The notes under the pieces were generated by a model. The model had not been told where the DNA came from, did not search any database, and saw only the letters and a program-made list of their open reading frames with translations. A stretch of 63,740 nt of DNA, filler included, from Salisapilia sapeloensis CBS 127946 (taxonomy: Eukaryota > Protista > Oomycota): the NCBI GenBank assembly GCA_023334545.1. It is 7 parts of 7 records of this genome, joined end to end, with 100 filler letters (N's around TTAATTAATTAA, not from the genome) between each part and the next. Parts side by side here need not be neighbours in the genome. Positions count along the whole stretch, not along the records: positions 59,854 to 62,386 come from JAADVB010000881.1; positions 62,487 to 63,740 come from JAADVB010001229.1; 5 more parts are not named here. One strand, given 5' to 3'. Positions 59,854-63,740 of the stretch are shown here, piece by piece. Position 1 is the stretch's first letter, and each line of letters opens with the position of its first letter. The translations under genes were made by a program, and so were the position numbers.

Positions 59854-61059
59854 AGTCGGCCACCAAAATTTGTGTTCTCCAAACTCCCAATTGTGGCATC
59901 TATGGATAGAGCATGCTCGAAAGTATGTAGTGGACAGGTCTAGAGTGTCTACAAGTCATTCCTTCACCTCAAAAAGGATCCGAGTATGTCTACGACTATT
60001 CAAGGTACATCGCGTACTGGACGACTCGATTGCTGTCCGAGATTGCCATGCGTGTGCAGTCATGGTCTCGAAATCATCGATAGTCCATAGCTCTAGCAAC
60101 GATAGAGACACGGAATATGCAGTGACAGTTCGTAGATGACTACTAAAACGCGAATACAGGTCTGTATGATAACGCTGCATTTTTAATCGCTCTAATTTGC
60201 TGGACTACCTTATCAGAGTACGCATGGCTCTTTAAAGCCTTCGATCTAGATATGTTGGTTTGCATCAACGCTGCTGTATGCACGAAGAAATGCTTGGAGG
60301 CTAAGAGGATGAAAGTTTTTTAAAGTAGTGCTCGCTCAATTTCCGGGTCGAATTTGCAGTCAAGACTGTTGAAAATGCGAGTTTGAAGACCAAACTATAG
60401 ACTCATCTATTTCGTATCTGGATTCTCTTGTAAGAATTAAAATAGCTTTGAACCCGCATGGTAAATGCTTTGTTTCCGTGTGCAGCGAAAGACAGGCACG
60501 AAGCAGAGATTGGCTTTCTATTCTGATGAATGCGATATCTTTTTAGAAGAGTTGGAGAAACATATCGACGCATAGTTCAAGATAATGTACATAAAATACT
60601 TAAGTAGATCTAAGCTCTAAGAGCCAAGTTCTCTCCATTTGCTTCTTTGTGCATCTCGTTCGCTTGACCAATATATCGCTATATTCTATCTTTCAATGGT
60701 TCTCAATATCGTACATAGGCTCAACGTACCCTTGACAATACACCAACATGTACTAGTATTATTTGAGAGAATGACAGCTACAAATTATGTTCTCCATGCG
60801 AGACAACCTTTCATCCTGCTTCTCAGGCGAGACAGCACATGTACCCATCTATTTTTAACTTCAATACATCCGTTAAGTCATGTGGCATACTTCCATCAGT
60901 TCATGATGGAAAGGCCAGGATGGCTTTGCGTGAGACTCCAACCTCGTCTCTTGATGGAAGACCAATGATGGAGATGATGGAAGTTGACCACGGTACCATC
61001 CCGAAAGCGGAACAAGGCCTCACTCGCGAACTTGCCACCGCTCGAACAAGCACACCGAC

Positions 61060-62386
61060 ATGTTCGCACCACGCCGCCGCAAACCGACCGCTACACCAGC
61101 TACCATGTGCCGCCCCCAACACTGCCAACCTACCTACTCCGCCGATCGTTTCCGCACTCCGTGTGAAGTCTTCCGTGACAGCATCCAAGTCGTCGTCGCC
61201 ACTGTGACTGATGCATTCGAAGGTTTCTTCGAAGACCTCATGCTTGCCCATTACTCGTCCTACAAGCAGCCGAGAAAGCGCTTGACTGCCGGACCTGCGA
61301 CGAAACCGATCGTGACTAAAGTTATTGACGCTAAAGGCGCCGCTTCCCACTTCGTTTTCGGCGCGAAGAATGCCGGTACGCCGCCCGAGCTACCGCCGAA
61401 TGCCATCCGTGACGAAGCCGCTGACGCCGGAGTTACCGTACACGATGTGACAGGGTCGATGACCCTTTTGGAGTTTCTTGAGAACGACTCCAGTGATGAC
61501 GAAACGGATGATGCATCCACCGTGCCCAACTCGATGGCCTCTAGTGCTCCTTTGATTCGATCAATGAATAGTGACGATACTCGTGTGATCGCACCCGACG
61601 CGACGCAATCGATCGTACCCTCGGAGCTACTTGGTGCTGAGTCTAGTGACAACCACTTCGAAACTAACTCGGTTGCATCCGAGTCGACGGAGTCAATCTC
61701 TCTACTGGAGCTACCTGAGGACGATGACGATGCCCGATCCACTGTATCGGACTCGACCGAGTCGATTGCACTTTTGGAGACTCTGGACGCTGTGTCTAGT
61801 GACGATGAAGTCGAAACCAACTCCGCTACATCCAACTCGATGGCTTCTAGCCGTCCTTTCGAATTTCCCGTAAATGGCGACGATGCCAACGCCATCGTAT
61901 CCGAGTCACCACAGCCGCCCACACTCTCTGCGAGTCTAGAAGACGAGTCTAGTACAAACGACTTCGAAACTAGCTCGATTATGTCCGACTCGACGGAGTC
62001 GATTTCGCTCTTGGAGCTACCTGTGGGCAATAACGAAGACGAAGCTGCATCCGACTCGACAGAGTCCATCGCACTATTGGAGACTCTGGACACTGAGCTT
62101 AGTGACGACAACTTTGAGACCAGGTCCGTTGCATCCGACTCAGCGGACTCTATCGCCTTGTTGGAGCTACCTGCGGATATCAACGATGAAGACACCGTAT
62201 CCAACGCTTCGGACTCGATGGAGTCGATTCCTCTCCTGGAAGACCCCATGTTTAACCATGACTGCTTCATTAAGAAGCTGTACAAAGATGCAGCCAACAT
62301 TGCCAAGAACTTTGATGCGAGAGCTGCGAGTGTCTCCAGCTCGACGAAGAAAGCGCCAAATGCCTCTGCGCCAGCGCAAGAGATGA
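61060..62386 (+). CDS. Hypothetical acidic repeat protein, 3' end lost
   Basis: Open frame of more than 440 codons with six copies of (D/E)S(T/A/M)(E/D)SIxLLE. Confidence 0.78.
61490..62250 (+). repeat. Coding tandem repeat: 24-27-codon units with a 306-bp higher-order period
   Basis: AACTCGATGGC occurs at 61528 and 61834, and TTCGAAACTA at 61657 and 61963, both exactly 306 nt apart. A further half-unit follows 150 nt later (TTTGAGACC at 62113). Confidence 0.9.
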
Positions 62387-62486
62387 NNNNNNNNNNNNNN
62401 NNNNNNNNNNNNNNNNNNNNNNNNNNNNNNTTAATTAATTAANNNNNNNNNNNNNNNNNNNNNNNNNNNNNNNNNNNNNNNNNNNN
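62387..62486. other. Artificial contig spacer
   Basis: 44 N + TTAATTAATTAA + 44 N. Confidence 0.99.
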
Positions 62487-63262
62487 CCCAAGATCCGTCT
62501 CGCAATGTCCTCTTCGTGTCCAAGGAGGCCGTGCTGGATGGCCAAGACCTCGTTTATGGTGGCATCCCCATTGTCTTCCCGACGTTTGGGGACGTTGACG
62601 GCCAGCCGTTCCACGGGTTTGCTCGTCAGTTCCACTGGGAGCTCCTCGGTGATGCTCAGGAGGGCAATGGCACGGCGCCGACGGTCGCCTCCTTCCGTCT
62701 CCAATCCAGCACGGAGACGAAGAAGATCTGGGAGCACGACTTTGAGCTCGTGTACGACATCCAGCTCTTCTCCGGCCACCTGGTGACTGCGCTGCACGTG
62801 CGGAACACGTCGGCTGCCAAGATGTCGTTCAAAGCATTGCTCCACACGTACTACAGCGTCGAGGAGATCCAAGACATCCAGATCGACGGCTTGAAGGGCC
62901 AGGCGTACTTTGACAAGGTCGTCCAGCAAAACAAGGAGGAGGAAGCGGACAAGAGGGACTTTCGAGGAGAAACCGACAACGTGTACGCCAATTCGGGCGA
63001 GAAGTTTATCATCCGCACACCCAAACGGGATGTTACCATCGAGAAAGTGGCTCGAATCCGTGATGGCAACGACTCCACCACAGTGCCGAGCGATGTGGTC
63101 GTGTGGAACCCGTGGGTCGAAAAGACCAAGACGATCGACATGGAGAACGAAGAGTATCGCGTGATGGTCTGCGTTGAGCCGGGTCGCGTCAGTGAAGAGC
63201 AAGAGCTGGATGCCGGGAAGGAGTTTACGCTGCTCCAAACTATTAGGCCGACGGACAAGTGA
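62487..63262 (+). CDS. Glucose-6-phosphate 1-epimerase (aldose 1-epimerase superfamily), 5' end lost
   Basis: VLFVSKEAVLDG...YGGIPIVFPTFG, HGFARQFHW, ALLHTYY, DVVVWNPW and MVCVEPG. Confidence 0.93.
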
Positions 63263-63471
63263 GCTACTTGGGAAGTCGTGCAGAGTCTGGAAGTAAAGAA
63301 TGGAGCGTTCTAGTTGAGTCATGTGGGTCTACTATGAGCAGTGACTGTATCAATATAGCAACTTAAACTTCCTCTTGCGGAGCTACTCTACTACTGTTTC
63401 TACTAGCGCACGTTGCGGACTTTCATCCTTGCTGGAGCCATCGACCATCTCGATACCGTGACCGCAAGCTG

Positions 63472-63587
63472 CAGCACGGACATCGCGGGACGGATCTTGG
63501 GCCGTCCAAAAATAGATAGCACCAACGAAACTCTTGTGAGCTTGGACACGAGCGCCGGAAGGATGAAAGACGTACTCGTGCAGTCAT
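63472..63587 (-). pseudogene. Truncated, frameshifted inverted copy of the 5' end of the adjacent epimerase gene
   Basis: The reverse complement of 63478-63501 matches 62487-62510 at 22/24 nt. The minus strand reads MTARVRL/(frameshift)HPSGARVQAHKSFVGAIYFWTAQDPSRDV, resembling the family N-terminal HPSGA motif. Confidence 0.8.
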
Positions 63588-63740
63588 CGATCTACGCGCG
63601 GGCGTCCATCTCCCCTGCTCGAACCATTGTGCGTGCGCTCCTACAGACTTCAAGTCGAAGCGGGCTTGAAAGGACGTACGGGGTTTTCAACGAGCTCTCC
63701 TGCGGCAATGAATCACATGTAGAGCCTCTAGACCATGCCA

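Noticed and set aside
59870-60180. Possible Harbinger/DDE transposase remnant (SRTAIE...RILF...CSIHRCHN)
   Set aside because: Only loose resemblance, interrupted by a stop, with no catalytic Asp context or terminal repeats.
62387-62442. ORFs ending in X...LIN or starting within N runs
   Set aside because: Translation of the artificial TTAATTAATTAA spacer.
1-63740. Stop-codon reassignment, selenocysteine or programmed frameshifting
   Set aside because: TAA, TAG and TGA all terminate conserved proteins at the expected C-termini, and every apparent frame break in intact genes is resolved by a GT-AG intron.

Overview
Eukaryotic nuclear DNA, almost certainly from an oomycete (stramenopile). Evidence: INR+FPR core-promoter motifs, START-like+FYVE proteins, a CBM1 protein, GT-AG introns and the standard genetic code. 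The window is not one locus. It is seven contigs (1-21409, 21510-44898, 44999-48935, 49036-58330, 58431-59753, 59854-62386, 62487-63740) joined by six identical artificial 100-nt spacers (44 N + TTAATTAATTAA + 44 N), so adjacency across spacers means nothing. It holds one tRNA-Val(CAC) and about 35 complete or partial protein genes. Most are housekeeping: DHHC palmitoyltransferase, DLD, PIG-Y, Yae1, importin-beta, uL1, KBP, calreticulin, MCM2, TPX2-like, PPase, RPAP1 and DAO. Several are invisible or truncated in the ORF track and were rebuilt by hand-splicing; every complete model preserves the reading frame. I found no intact mobile element, CRISPR array or rRNA, and no clear new multi-gene system. 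The best leads are an inverted, truncated copy of the 5' end of the glucose-6-phosphate 1-epimerase gene just downstream of its own stop, an unknown acidic protein with a 306-bp higher-order repeat, extreme gene packing (stop codons 2 nt apart, a 42-nt divergent promoter, introns almost all 50-67 nt), an isocyanide-hydratase-type DJ-1/PfpI enzyme and a tandem-chromodomain protein. All family assignments come from motif recognition by eye; no database search was run.
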